A stretch of DNA of 64,000 nt from an uncultured Candidatus Binatia bacterium (GTDB taxonomy: Bacteria; Desulfobacterota; Binatia; UBA9968; JAJDTQ01): contig OZ219754.1 of NCBI GenBank assembly GCA_964291295.2, positions 1,120,001 to 1,184,000 of the forward strand, in the 5' to 3' direction. Below are positions 20,358 through 30,179 of this stretch, piece by piece. The translations under genes and the position numbers were made by a program. Positions within the stretch are counted from its first letter, which is position 1. The number at the start of each line of letters is the position of its first letter. The notes under the pieces were generated by a model. That model ran no database searches. It was not told the DNA's origin and saw only the letters and a program-made list of their open reading frames with translations.

Positions 20358-21559
20358 TCCGCGTCAAGAACTTCCCGCGTCGACCGATCTCCGAACTCGG
20401 CCTCACGCCGGACCCCGGCAAGCGCGGCCCGCGGCGCATCGACCGCGGTCGCGTAAGCCGACCGGCGCTGTCCGGCAGCCTGCATGTTACGCCAGGCGCT
20501 TTCGACCCGTTGCGACGCGTTGTGCATGGCGTCAAGCCATTCGTGCCGGCGCTGAGCTTCCACATGTCTGGCGCGGCGAATCCGTGCACCTGCCGCACCC
20601 GCCTGGTAGAGCGGTGCGGTCAACTGCAGCGTCAGGCTCGTTTCGGTGTTTCCCGGAAGCGCCGTTCCCGATTGTCCCTTGGCCGCAACGCTGAGATCGA
20701 CGCGCGGTCCGAGACCGGCCTTGGCAAGGCGGACGGCGGTCTCGGCGGTGCCGATGGCGGCCTTGGCGGCGCGGACGGCGGGCCGCTTTGTCCGGGCCAG
20801 CCGACGTGCCTCGTCCAGGGTGTGCGGCATGCCGGCCGGCTGCAGACCGTCCGGCACCAGGCCGATTGATGGGAGAAAGAGAGCCCGCTGGACTTCCAGG
20901 TCGGCGGTCGCCGTCACCAGATCCGCAGCGGCAATATCCCGCTCCGCCTCGGCCTGGGCGACGTCCGCCCCGGTCCGGTCCCCTACATCGTATTGCGCCT
21001 TGACGCCCCGAACCTGCTTTTCGAGGGTCGCAAGTGAGGCGGCGCGCAGATCGATCACCTGTTCCGCCCGGAGCGTATCAAGATGGATTGTTGCGGCACG
21101 AAGAAGAACAGCCTGTTCCCTGTCCTCCACGGAGGCATGGCTCATGGAGACACCGCGAACAGCCCCCTGGAGCCTGGCCGAGTCGCGGCCGCTTCGAAAC
21201 AGGTTCTGGTTGATGGAGAACGTCCATGAGCGCGGGGAGGAATACTGGGTCCGGTCAGCGCCAGCCAAGAGCGGAGATGGATCGGAGACCGTCCTGGATC
21301 GACCGCGGCCGGCGTTGAACTGGACCGTGGGCAGCCACGCGGAAACGGCCTCCGGCACATCCTGATGCCGTGCGCGCGCGGCTTCACGGACCGCAACCAG
21401 ACCCGGGTTCGAGGCCACGGCTCCGGCCAGCGCCTCCTTGATGGTCAGCGCCGGCGCTGGCGAGACGGCGTCCGCCAGCACCGGCACCAGAATCACGGCA
21501 AGCTGCGCAAGGCACGAATGCACCATACACACTCCCAGTCTCACATTCTCCGGTGTCAC
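20324..21559 (-). pseudogene. TolC-family outer membrane efflux protein, C-terminally truncated
   Basis: Signal peptide; LTIKEAL..A..NP, LPTV, QNLF, YDVGDRT.ADVAQAE, PLYQAG, FGDRSTREVLDAE. The final helices are missing. Confidence 0.85.
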
Positions 21560-21581
21560 ATTCCCGGTCCCGGCAAAGACA

Positions 21582-21635
21582 TGATTCTTGAATCACGTTC
21601 GTCGTTCTCTTGTCGAATATGTCTTGTCGAACATG
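21582..21635. promoter_or_regulatory. Putative operator elements upstream of the TolC gene
   Basis: Palindrome TGATTC-TT-GAATCA (21582-21595) and 14-bp tandem repeat TCTTGTCGAA(T/C)ATG (21608-21635). Confidence 0.35.
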
Positions 21636-22254
21636 TCCGGAACCGGACCGCCGCGGCTTTCCTGGAGGCTGTTTCGTTTGAGTCCTGTTGCCCCATGCAG
21701 GCTCTGGCTGGCTGCCCGGTGATCTGCTTGGGTCCTGCTTCGGTCTCTGCGGGCGGGCTGCTCCGGGTGGGGCCGGGCAAGCTGGACACCGCCGCCGCCG
21801 TCATGCACCTGACCCGATCCCCTGGCGGGTTTCCTGGCGTCCCATCGCCTGTTTCGAAACGTCCGGAACGAAAGTCGAGTGCGGTTCACCGGCCATCCAA
21901 CGATCCGGTGTGGGGTGCTGCGGGCACGGACGCAGAATAGACGAACCACGGTCCAGGTTGCAACACGGGTGAAGGCCGCCGTGTACGGACGATCGGGGCG
22001 GGTGCCTGGAACCGCCGGCTCATCTTGTCGGGTCGCTGCCGCCGCTCGCACTCCCTGTCCGCCGCCATATCGCATCTGTGGCCCATCCAGACCGCCATCA
22101 GGAAATCCCGGATCCGCTCCGACCGAAAACGCCGCCGTCACCACCACGACATGGTCCTGGGGAGTCGTTGCGGGAACGTGAACACGGCGGGTTTCTGTGC
22201 TACGTTCGGAAAGCGGAATCGTCGCGGCAAGCGGGCCGTGGGGTCGGGGGGCGC

Positions 22255-23424
22255 ATGTCTTCAACGCTCATCAAGAACATCGGGACGCTGGTGACCGGCA
22301 TGCTGGAGGCTCCCCTGCGGGACGCCGACTCGGTGGTGGTGCGGGACGGCGTGATCCGGGAAGTGGGCAACGGACTTGGCGGCGCCACCGACCGGACCAT
22401 CGACGCCAACGGGACCACGGTTCTTCCCGGCCTCATCGATTCCCATTCCCACCCCACCTTCGGCAATTTCACGCCGGCGCAGAACTCCATGGGGTGGATC
22501 ACCCACTACATGCACGGCGGGGTCACCTCCCTCATCTCCGCCGGCGAGTTGCATGTGCCGGGGCTGCCGCTGCCGCCGGACCCTCTGTGCGCGGTGTCGC
22601 TGGCCATCGTTGCCAGGCGGTGCTGGGACAATCTGCGCCCCACCGGCGCCCGGGTGCACGGCGGCACGCTGCTGCTGGTGCCGGGTCTTGAGGAAAAGGA
22701 CTTCGACACCATCGCGGAAGCGGGCATCCGGCTGGTCAAGTTCATCTTCTACGATTACAGGCTGCTGCCCACGGGCGAGGCGGAACGCTACACCAAGTGG
22801 GCAAGGGCGCGGGACATCAAGGTGAAGATCCACTCCGGCGGGGTTTCCCGCTCGGGGGTCAGCCAGGTGGCGGGGATGGACATCGTCAAGGCCATCGACC
22901 CGGACATCATCGGCCACGCCACCGGCGGCCCCATCCCCATGCCCGAGGAAGACCTGCGCCGCATCATCGCCGACACCGACTGCCACGTCGAGATCTGCAC
23001 CTCGGGCAACCTGCGCATGGGCATGGTGCTGGCCGACGCGGTCAGGCGGAATGGCGCCGAGAGTCGGGTGCTGGTGGGCACCGACACGCCAGGCGGTACC
23101 GGCGTGGTGCCCCGGGGCATCCTGCGCGAGATCTGCTTCCTGGCTTCCCTGGGCGGCATCGCGCCGGAGCACGCCGTGGCCATGGCCACCGGCAACACGG
23201 GGCGCGCCCACGGACTGGACTTCGGCATCATTGCGGAGGGCAAGCCCGCGGACCTCGTGATCATGGACCGCGTCACCGGGTCGGTGTCCCGGAACGCGCT
23301 GGATTCGTTCTCCAAGGGCGACCTTCCGGGCATCTCGGTGGTGATGATCGACGGCGAACTCACCGTTGGCGGCCGAAGCGAACAGACGCCGCCGCCCGAG
23401 CGGGGGGTCACCATCAGCACGTAG
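22255..23424 (+). CDS. Enamidase-like amidohydrolase
   Basis: IKNIG, PGLIDSHSH, HGGVTSLISAGE, IHSGG, GHATGGP, GTDTPGGTG, ATGNT, TPP; collinear with the recalled nicotinate-pathway enamidase. Confidence 0.85.
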   Translation: MSSTLIKNIGTLVTGMLEAPLRDADSVVVRDGVIREVGNGLGGATDRTIDANGTTVLPGLIDSHSHPTFGNFTPAQNSMGWITHYMHGGVTSLISAGELHVPGLPLPPDPLCAVSLAIVARRCWDNLRPTGARVHGGTLLLVPGLEEKDFDTIAEAGIRLVKFIFYDYRLLPTGEAERYTKWARARDIKVKIHSGGVSRSGVSQVAGMDIVKAIDPDIIGHATGGPIPMPEEDLRRIIADTDCHVEICTSGNLRMGMVLADAVRRNGAESRVLVGTDTPGGTGVVPRGILREICFLASLGGIAPEHAVAMATGNTGRAHGLDFGIIAEGKPADLVIMDRVTGSVSRNALDSFSKGDLPGISVVMIDGELTVGGRSEQTPPPERGVTIST

Positions 23425-23803
23425 GAACGGGCGCCCCTCAAGTCGGTTCACGCCGCGGTGCCGTATGCGCCAACCGCGACGGCGAAGACCACCACGAGAC
23501 CGCGACCCTCGCCACCATCAACCGGGATTGCGACGCGACCGGGCATTTCCAGGAAGAGGCCGCCAACGCCACGGTCGTATCGCAATCCTGACCCTGCGGC
23601 CCGGCCTCGTCAACTCGAGAAGTAAACGCAGACGGAAACTCCAGCAGGGCAGATGCCTGCGGGTACGCCAACCCGTCAGTATCCGCTGCGTTGTCGCGCG
23701 GTCAGCGCCAACGACAATCTCGAAGTCCACGGTGCGCACCCAGCCTGGAACATCCGCAATGCCGCAGCGTGGGATAGTCATGGAGAGATGCCACCCGCAG
23801 GCG

Positions 23804-24702
23804 CTATGACTTCTTCGATCCGTCAGCAGTTGCCGTAGCCGACATCGGTTGTACGACTCCGGAGAAACCTGTTTGGCTACGGCCCGCCGAGCGACTGCGG
23901 ATTGCATCGGCAATGGGCGCCAGTCGAGTCGGTCCGGAAAATGTGCCGTCATCCAGCAACTTGGTAATCTGTTCTGTATCCATGACGGCAAGAAACATGA
24001 ATATGCGGGGAATCGAACTCATGCGCGAACTCGACTTGGCCAATTCGACGTCATGGATACGGCAAAACTCTCGAATGTCCCCATTATTGATGACAATACC
24101 TATAACTTCGATGTGGCGAGATGGATTTTCGCTCCGAAATGAATCCAGAGACGTCGAAAGCAGAGGAAAACCAATGGTTGCGAAATACTCGGGTCGTACG
24201 GGAACCAGGACATAACGAGATGCACGGTAGGCTGCACGCGTAAAAACCGATTCAGTTGGAGGACAATCGATCAGAACGATGTCCTTTTCCTGGAAGTGCT
24301 CCGTAATGTACTGCGCGAGTACCTTCGGATCTGGTTTCAACGCCCGAACAAGATTGTCGGAAAAATCGAATCTGGAAGGGATGTAGGAGAGCGTTCCATC
24401 CGTGAAGACATCCCGGACAGTATCGACAGGATCAAGCGGAGTGGGCGACTCTTGATGTCGAGTAGGGGGACGATAGCCATTGAAAACTTCCACGATGGAC
24501 GGTTGCCCGCTTTCGAGGAATCGCACGTAGGCGTTGCCCATGTACGCTTGGCTCAGGTTCGCTTGTGGTCCAGGTCGACGACAAGGACGCGGTGACCCTT
24601 GTAGGCGGCGTGTCGTCCCAACAACGCGGCGATTGTTGTCTTTCCGACACCGCCCTTCATGTTGATCACTGACACGCATACAGGTCCGCGTTCGCCATCC
24701 AT
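23804..24702 (-). pseudogene. ParA/Soj-family ATPase, frameshifted and probably fused to the tail of another gene
   Basis: NMKGGVGKTT and VVDLD lie in one frame; PQANLS and LIDCPPT lie in another (1-nt loss near 24568). ParA-like sequence stops after GIVINN. Confidence 0.8.
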
Positions 24703-24982
24703 CGAAGGTCTCCTGTCAATCTGGCACAGATCCAAGAATACTGGACGGTCACGACGTGGGCAAGCTGCGGCAGGAACAAGTCTCCGCAAAATCACATGGT
24801 GCAATGCCATTCATGGGACATGCCGCCAGGAAGGAGCGGGATGACGGGTTGCCGGCGGGTCTTGTCGGCAACTTCTCTGCGAATCACGGCGGCATCGACC
24901 AAATGGACGGCGCGTTCGGCGTCTACGTCAAGAAGTGGCACGCAACCTGCCGGGAGACGGGCAGCCCGCCCGGCGCCGGTAA

Positions 24983-25011
24983 TTGACAACAGGCGCTCCG
25001 CGCCGTAGATT
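24983..25011 (+). promoter_or_regulatory. Sigma70-type promoter for the LLM-M20-apaG genes
   Basis: TTGACA-N17-TAGATT. Confidence 0.6.
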
Positions 25012-25124
25012 TCGCGGGCATGACACGGGCGGGGATGGCGAAGAAGGCGCCTTCACCGTCCGGCGTTTTCCGGATGCGCCGGACGAGGACGCCGCGCTCC
25101 GGGTCAAGGGAGGAGGTTTCCCTG

Positions 25125-26108
25125 GTGAGTTCACTGGAGTACGGCGTGGGGCTGTTTCCCACGGAATCCGTCCCGCGCATCGTGCAGCTGGGCAAACAGG
25201 CGGAGGAGTTGTCCTTCAGCCACGTCTGGATCGGTGACTCGCATCTCATCTGGCGCGAAGCCTTCGTCAACATGGCCGCGGTGGCGCTCCATACCTCCAG
25301 AGTGGTCATCGGCACCGGCGTCACCAACCCCGTCACCCGGCACCCCTCGGTGCTTGCCAGCGCCTATGCCACCCTGGACGAGATGGCTCCCGGCCGCTTC
25401 GCCGTGGGGATCGGCCTCGGCGACAGTTCCCTGGAGACCATGGGACGGAAGCAGGCGTTGCTGGCCGAGTTCGAGGAGGCGGTGGCGCAGATGCGCGCGG
25501 TGATCGAAGGAGGCGAGGCGGAGCTGAGCAGCGGCAGGATCCGGCTCAACTTTGCGCAGAACCGCAGGGTCCCGTTCTACGTGGCCGCCAGCGGCCCGAA
25601 GATGCTGGAACTCGCCGGGCGCCTGGCGGACGGCGTGATCATTCTGGTGGGCGTGGATGCCGGCGCCGTCGAAAGAGCCGTGGAACGGATTGCCGCCGGA
25701 GCCGCCTCGGCAGGCCGCAAGCTCTCCGACATCGACCTGGTGCTGTGGGTTCCATGCGCGGTCTCCGAGAATCCCGGAGCCAGGGACGCGGTCAAGGCCC
25801 ACGTGGCCCGGGTCATCGCCCACCCATTGCCCTTCACCCTGGACGAACGCGAACAGAAGGTCCTGGACGACATCCGCCAAGCCTACAACTACTACCAGCA
25901 CATGGATCAGCGGGCCGCTCAGGCGCGCGTGATCCCGGACTGGCTGGTGGACAAGTTCGCCATCGCCGGCACCCCGGACGAGTGTCACGCCAAGGTCCGG
26001 GAGCTCGAACGGAGTGCCATCAACCAGGTGGCGATCATTCCCTACGACGTGGGCGACGCCGACCGGGGCGAGACCATGCGGCTTTTTGCCGGCGCCGCCG
26101 GCCGGTAG
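25125..26108 (+). CDS. LLM-class flavin/F420-dependent oxidoreductase (Mer-like)
   Basis: GTG after AGGAGG; WIGDSH, GTGVTNPVTRHP, GRFAVGIGLG, VAASGPKMLELAGRLADG. Confidence 0.92.
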   Translation: MSSLEYGVGLFPTESVPRIVQLGKQAEELSFSHVWIGDSHLIWREAFVNMAAVALHTSRVVIGTGVTNPVTRHPSVLASAYATLDEMAPGRFAVGIGLGDSSLETMGRKQALLAEFEEAVAQMRAVIEGGEAELSSGRIRLNFAQNRRVPFYVAASGPKMLELAGRLADGVIILVGVDAGAVERAVERIAAGAASAGRKLSDIDLVLWVPCAVSENPGARDAVKAHVARVIAHPLPFTLDEREQKVLDDIRQAYNYYQHMDQRAAQARVIPDWLVDKFAIAGTPDECHAKVRELERSAINQVAIIPYDVGDADRGETMRLFAGAAGR

Positions 26109-26174
26109 CCGTGCCCCCCTCCCCCCATCCGTGCTTCCTTGCGGCTGGAGCAGCCGTCGCGTATGAATAGGGGC

Positions 26175-27422
26175 ATGAGCGACGCGGCGAAACGACTCGA
26201 GGAGATCATCGAGGACGATCGTGAGGATCTGATCGGATTGTGCCTGGAGTTGGGCAACATCCCGAGCCCCCACGCCAGGGAGAGGGCCCTTGGCGAGGCC
26301 ACGGTGGACTGGCTCAAGCGCAATGGCATCGACGCCTGGCTCCAGTGGATCACCGGCGAGAGCGTCAACGCCGTGGGCCTGATCCGTGGCGCCGGCGGCG
26401 GTTCGAGCCTGATTCTCAACGCCCACATGGACACCGGCCCCGAGCTTTCAGCGGACGCCGCCGGGACGGACATACGGATGGAAGGCGCCTGGGTGGACGG
26501 GGAGTTGATGTTCGGCAAGGGGCTCATCAATGACAAGGCCCAGCTCTGCGCCTTCATGATCGCCGCCCGGGCGCTCCGGAAGGCGGGCGTGGTTCCTGGC
26601 GGCGACGTCTACGTCACCGGGGTGGCCTTCGAGACCGGAGAGCCGTCGGTGGACCACAACCAGGGCGTGAACTTCCCCGGCGAGGGGTTCGGCGCCAGGT
26701 GGCTCGTGGACCGGGGCGTCACCGCCGACTACTGCCTGGTGGGAGAGACATCCGGATTCGGGATCATCACGGGCGAGTGCGGCGCGGTCTGGCTCAAGAT
26801 CCGCTGCAAGGGGCGCGAGGTGTACACGCCCCGGCTCCACCGCGGGGCGTCCCTGCGCGAGCATCCCAACCCCTGGCTCAAGGTGGCCCATGCGATCACG
26901 GCGCTGGAGGAATGGGCCATCGCCTACGAGGACAAGGGGCGCTTCGAGTTTCCCGGCGGCACCATGATTCCCAAGGCCCAGGTGGCCGCGGTTCGCGGCG
27001 GCCCCGGCTACTGCGACATCCACTATGACGTGCGCATCGTGCCCGGGACCGACCCCCAGGCCATCAGGGGCGAGATCGCGGCGGTGATGGCGGCCCTGGA
27101 CTTCGACGCCGACGTGTCCGTCTACCAGTATTCGAGGGGACACGTGGCGCGGAACGCGGACCTGCTCATCGACGCCATCGACCGGGCCCACCGCGACGTC
27201 ATGGGAACCGAGCCGCCGGCGCCGCCCTCGGCGGAGATCAGCATGTGGCGGGACATGAACGTGTTCAACGAGGTGGGGATTCCGGCCGTGTGCTATGGTC
27301 CGCCCCGGCAGACGGAGAACATCAGCCAGGCGCGGGACCGCGCCATGAAGATCGACGATCTCGTTGCCGCGACCAAGGTGTACGCGCGTACTGTCCTGTC
27401 CGTATGCGGGGAATCGAAATGA
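26175..27422 (+). CDS. M20/ArgE-like metallopeptidase/deacylase
   Basis: LNAHMDT, GKGLINDK, VGET, GIPAVCYGP. Confidence 0.85.
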   Translation: MSDAAKRLEEIIEDDREDLIGLCLELGNIPSPHARERALGEATVDWLKRNGIDAWLQWITGESVNAVGLIRGAGGGSSLILNAHMDTGPELSADAAGTDIRMEGAWVDGELMFGKGLINDKAQLCAFMIAARALRKAGVVPGGDVYVTGVAFETGEPSVDHNQGVNFPGEGFGARWLVDRGVTADYCLVGETSGFGIITGECGAVWLKIRCKGREVYTPRLHRGASLREHPNPWLKVAHAITALEEWAIAYEDKGRFEFPGGTMIPKAQVAAVRGGPGYCDIHYDVRIVPGTDPQAIRGEIAAVMAALDFDADVSVYQYSRGHVARNADLLIDAIDRAHRDVMGTEPPAPPSAEISMWRDMNVFNEVGIPAVCYGPPRQTENISQARDRAMKIDDLVAATKVYARTVLSVCGESK

Positions 27423-27437
27423 TCGGGGGATGTTGCC

Positions 27438-27827
27438 TTGGGTAGTTCGACGGCGGTCACGCGCGGGGTGCGGGTCGAGGTCACGACCGCGTACGACCCG
27501 AACCGTTCATTCCCCGAGCACAACCGATGGTTCTATCTCTACACCGTGGAAATCAGCAACGAAGGCTCGGAAACCGTACAGCTCATAAGCCGTTACTGGG
27601 TCATCACCGACGCCACCGGCCACATGGAGGAGGTCAAGGGCCCCGGGGTGGTGGGGGAGAGTCCGGTGCTGGAGGAAGGGGAGTCCTTCGAGTACACTTC
27701 CGGCTGCCCGCTCTCGACCCCCTACGGCACCATGCACGGCACCTACCAGATGGTCACCGCCACCGGGCACCGCTTCGACGCCCGGATCGCCGAGTTCGTG
27801 CTCGGCGACCCGCAGTCGCTTCACTAG
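27438..27827 (+). CDS. apaG: ApaG protein
   Basis: QLISRYWVITD, GPGVVG, FEYTSGCPL.TP.GTM.G.Y. Confidence 0.95.
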   Translation: MGSSTAVTRGVRVEVTTAYDPNRSFPEHNRWFYLYTVEISNEGSETVQLISRYWVITDATGHMEEVKGPGVVGESPVLEEGESFEYTSGCPLSTPYGTMHGTYQMVTATGHRFDARIAEFVLGDPQSLH

Positions 27828-27914
27828 GCCCCTGCGCCGCAGGACGCTTCGGGATGTGACCGGTGGAAGAGCATGACCAGATTTTCGTCCAAGATGCCAG
27901 AAACATGTAGCCTT

Positions 27915-28034
27915 GTCCCGTTATCGGACATGAATTGGGCACCAAGTGGGACTCTGGTGGATCTCTGTCCCATGAAAACTTTCTGCGGCGCAGACTCTTG
28001 GGCTTCGTCCCATTTCTTGGGCTTCGTCCCATTT
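27915..28034. repeat. Cluster of GTCCC(A/G)T motifs including a perfect 19-bp tandem duplication
   Basis: CTTGGGCTTCGTCCCATTT twice (27997-28034); further GTCCC at 27915 and 27967, and inverted TGGGAC at 27947. Confidence 0.7.
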
Positions 28035-28230
28035 CACCTCGGGCAGTCTGTACCACAGAGAGGCTGACCGTGCAAGAATCCCAGGAGTAGTTCTGCCCGA
28101 CCGGCGGCTCACCCTCGTGGGCTGGCAGGCCGGTGCGCCCCTGCCGGAAGCCCCGCCCTCCGTGCGCCAGCATCGCCTGGCACCGCGCCTGCCCGCCGCC
28201 GCCCCTCATCGCGGCCCCGTCAGCGTTCGA

Positions 28231-28272
28231 GAAAAGAAAAGGGCGCCCGATCCGGAGATGGATCGGGCGCCC
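28231..28272 (-). terminator. Rho-independent terminator of the lipoprotein gene
   Basis: Perfect 13-bp stem GGGCGCCCGATCC/GGATCGGGCGCCC with 6-nt loop, followed on the minus strand by TTTTCTTTTC. Confidence 0.9.
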
Positions 28273-28306
28273 TGCTCCGTGAACCGCCGCCGATGACGGC
28301 GGCCTG

Positions 28307-30100
28307 TTACTCTGTCTTGCGGCCGCCGAAGGAGCCGCGCAACTCGCCGCTCTTCTTGTCCTTGGACGTGATGTCGAACACGCCGCCCACCTCTTCCGCG
28401 TTCGGTCCGAAGAATTGGCCGCTGTACTCCCTCACCTCGTACTTGCTGCCATCCGCGCTCGTGGCAATACCCATCGCATCACGATGGTTTTGAGCAAGGC
28501 TAGATGCAAAACCCGGTGTATCGTAGCCGTCGCCTTCGGCGTTGACATTGGTCACTTTGCTGCCCGAGAACCCGTTGCCGTCGATGGTGCCGTGGAATGT
28601 GGCGATAATCCCGTCAGTATCGCCCCCTCCTGGATAAAAGACGAAATTCCAAAAAATATCGGTCTTGATGGTGCTTTCCCCGAAATCTACCGTTGTGGTT
28701 GAGGGTCCATCAAAACCGCCGATACTTCCTTTGCCCTCAGCGTGCTGTACGCGCCTCTGCCAAACTGCATGACCCCTGTAGGAGGCGCTGCCGGAGCTTG
28801 GCATGTTGGCAGTCGGGGTAGGGCCCTGGCCGGGCAGTGCCCGGACGAATGAGATGCCAAGGTCGGCCCTCTTGGCCTGTACCTTCTCCGTGTGCCACAT
28901 GCCGTAGTTCATGTGCTCGTAGGGCTTCGCCTCCGGGAAATCCGGCACATCGTAGACGAAAATCTGCCGATAAGTGAATCCCGTGACTCCCTCGTTTCCG
29001 GTGCGCAGAAGCCAGGTCTTTTTCCCGTCGCTATCCGTGTAGTAGTAGACCCCCACGCCCGCATTCGCGTCCGGGGCGTCCGCATTGATCCAGTCCCAGG
29101 AATTCGTCTTGTCGAATTTCGTATCCTCCTGGGTGTCGACAACATAGAACTCGCCCTCCGCCCGCATCACCTTGTAGGTCTGGCTGTCAACCGTGACCCC
29201 GCCGAACGGGTTTTCTGCCGTGATCGTGGCGGTCACCGTGATCGGCTGATCGCTGTCGTCCTTCGCCCTGCGGTAAGACTTCACCGCCTTGCTTTTGGTG
29301 ACATACTTGTCCACCAACCAGAAACGGGACTTCTCCGAGTCGCTGTAGGAACCGAACTCGAAGGTCCGTGGGTGGAACCCCGTCTGGCCAGCCACCTCCG
29401 GCGTGCTGTCGGTCGCCGCCTTGTAAGGGACGGGTTCCTTTCGTTGGGTGGTCCGTGAATTGTCGTTCATGCTGCCTCTCTTGCCGGTCGTGACGGTCTT
29501 GCCCCCGGTGGTGGTTTCGACCGTGGGCGCACCCGCCGTGATGGTCGTGTCGCCGTACCCGTAGGTCATCCCCTCCACATGCCGGACCTCCTTGGTCGCA
29601 GCATCCTTCGCCATCTTCGCCTTCTCCGCCGCCGTCGCCGCCTGAGCCTCGGCCTTCGCCTGCGCCGCCTCGGCCAGCAATTTGGCCTTGGCCGCCACAT
29701 TCACGTCGTTCGTCGCCGCAGCCTTGTCCGATTCCATCTTGGCCTTGTCGTACTCCGCCTTCGCCATGTTCGCCGCCGTCCGGGCCGCCTCCGCGTAGGC
29801 CCTCGCCGTCATCTCCCCATTGGCAACATGGACGGACATGAGGTCCGCAAGCGCCGCTTCCGCCTCATCCGCCGCCGTCCCCGCGTTGTCGGACGCCGTC
29901 TTGGCCTTGCCGGACGCCGTCATGGCCGCCGTCTGAGCCTCCGTCAGGGCCGTCTCGACTTCCGTCGGCGGATCCGGGGTCGTCGCCGTGTTGCTGCTTC
30001 CGCCGCATGCCGCAAGCCCCATGACAAGCACCACCGCGCAGAAGATCGTCGCCAGATTCCCGTACATCATCCTGTACATCAGTATCCTCGTCCTTTTCAT
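28307..30100 (-). CDS. Surface lipoprotein with Ala-rich helical stalk and C-terminal transferrin-binding-protein-B-like beta-barrel
   Basis: Lipobox LAAC followed by GGSS; MPSSGSASYRG, VDFG, GTIDGNGFSG, GQFFGPNAEEVGGVF, GSFGG. Confidence 0.85.
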   Translation of the reverse strand: MKRTRILMYRMMYGNLATIFCAVVLVMGLAACGGSSNTATTPDPPTEVETALTEAQTAAMTASGKAKTASDNAGTAADEAEAALADLMSVHVANGEMTARAYAEAARTAANMAKAEYDKAKMESDKAAATNDVNVAAKAKLLAEAAQAKAEAQAATAAEKAKMAKDAATKEVRHVEGMTYGYGDTTITAGAPTVETTTGGKTVTTGKRGSMNDNSRTTQRKEPVPYKAATDSTPEVAGQTGFHPRTFEFGSYSDSEKSRFWLVDKYVTKSKAVKSYRRAKDDSDQPITVTATITAENPFGGVTVDSQTYKVMRAEGEFYVVDTQEDTKFDKTNSWDWINADAPDANAGVGVYYYTDSDGKKTWLLRTGNEGVTGFTYRQIFVYDVPDFPEAKPYEHMNYGMWHTEKVQAKRADLGISFVRALPGQGPTPTANMPSSGSASYRGHAVWQRRVQHAEGKGSIGGFDGPSTTTVDFGESTIKTDIFWNFVFYPGGGDTDGIIATFHGTIDGNGFSGSKVTNVNAEGDGYDTPGFASSLAQNHRDAMGIATSADGSKYEVREYSGQFFGPNAEEVGGVFDITSKDKKSGELRGSFGGRKTE

Positions 30101-30179
30101 TACCGATCTCCCCTTCCGCCTTCAAAAGCGGCCTCGGTACAATGCTTGGTACGATACCACGGAACTTCCCTCCCGTTAG

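Noticed and set aside
21640-22250. Search for a lanthipeptide precursor near the LanM-like remnant
   Set aside because: No ORF with a double-glycine or Nif11/NHLP-type leader and a Cys/Ser/Thr-rich core was found.
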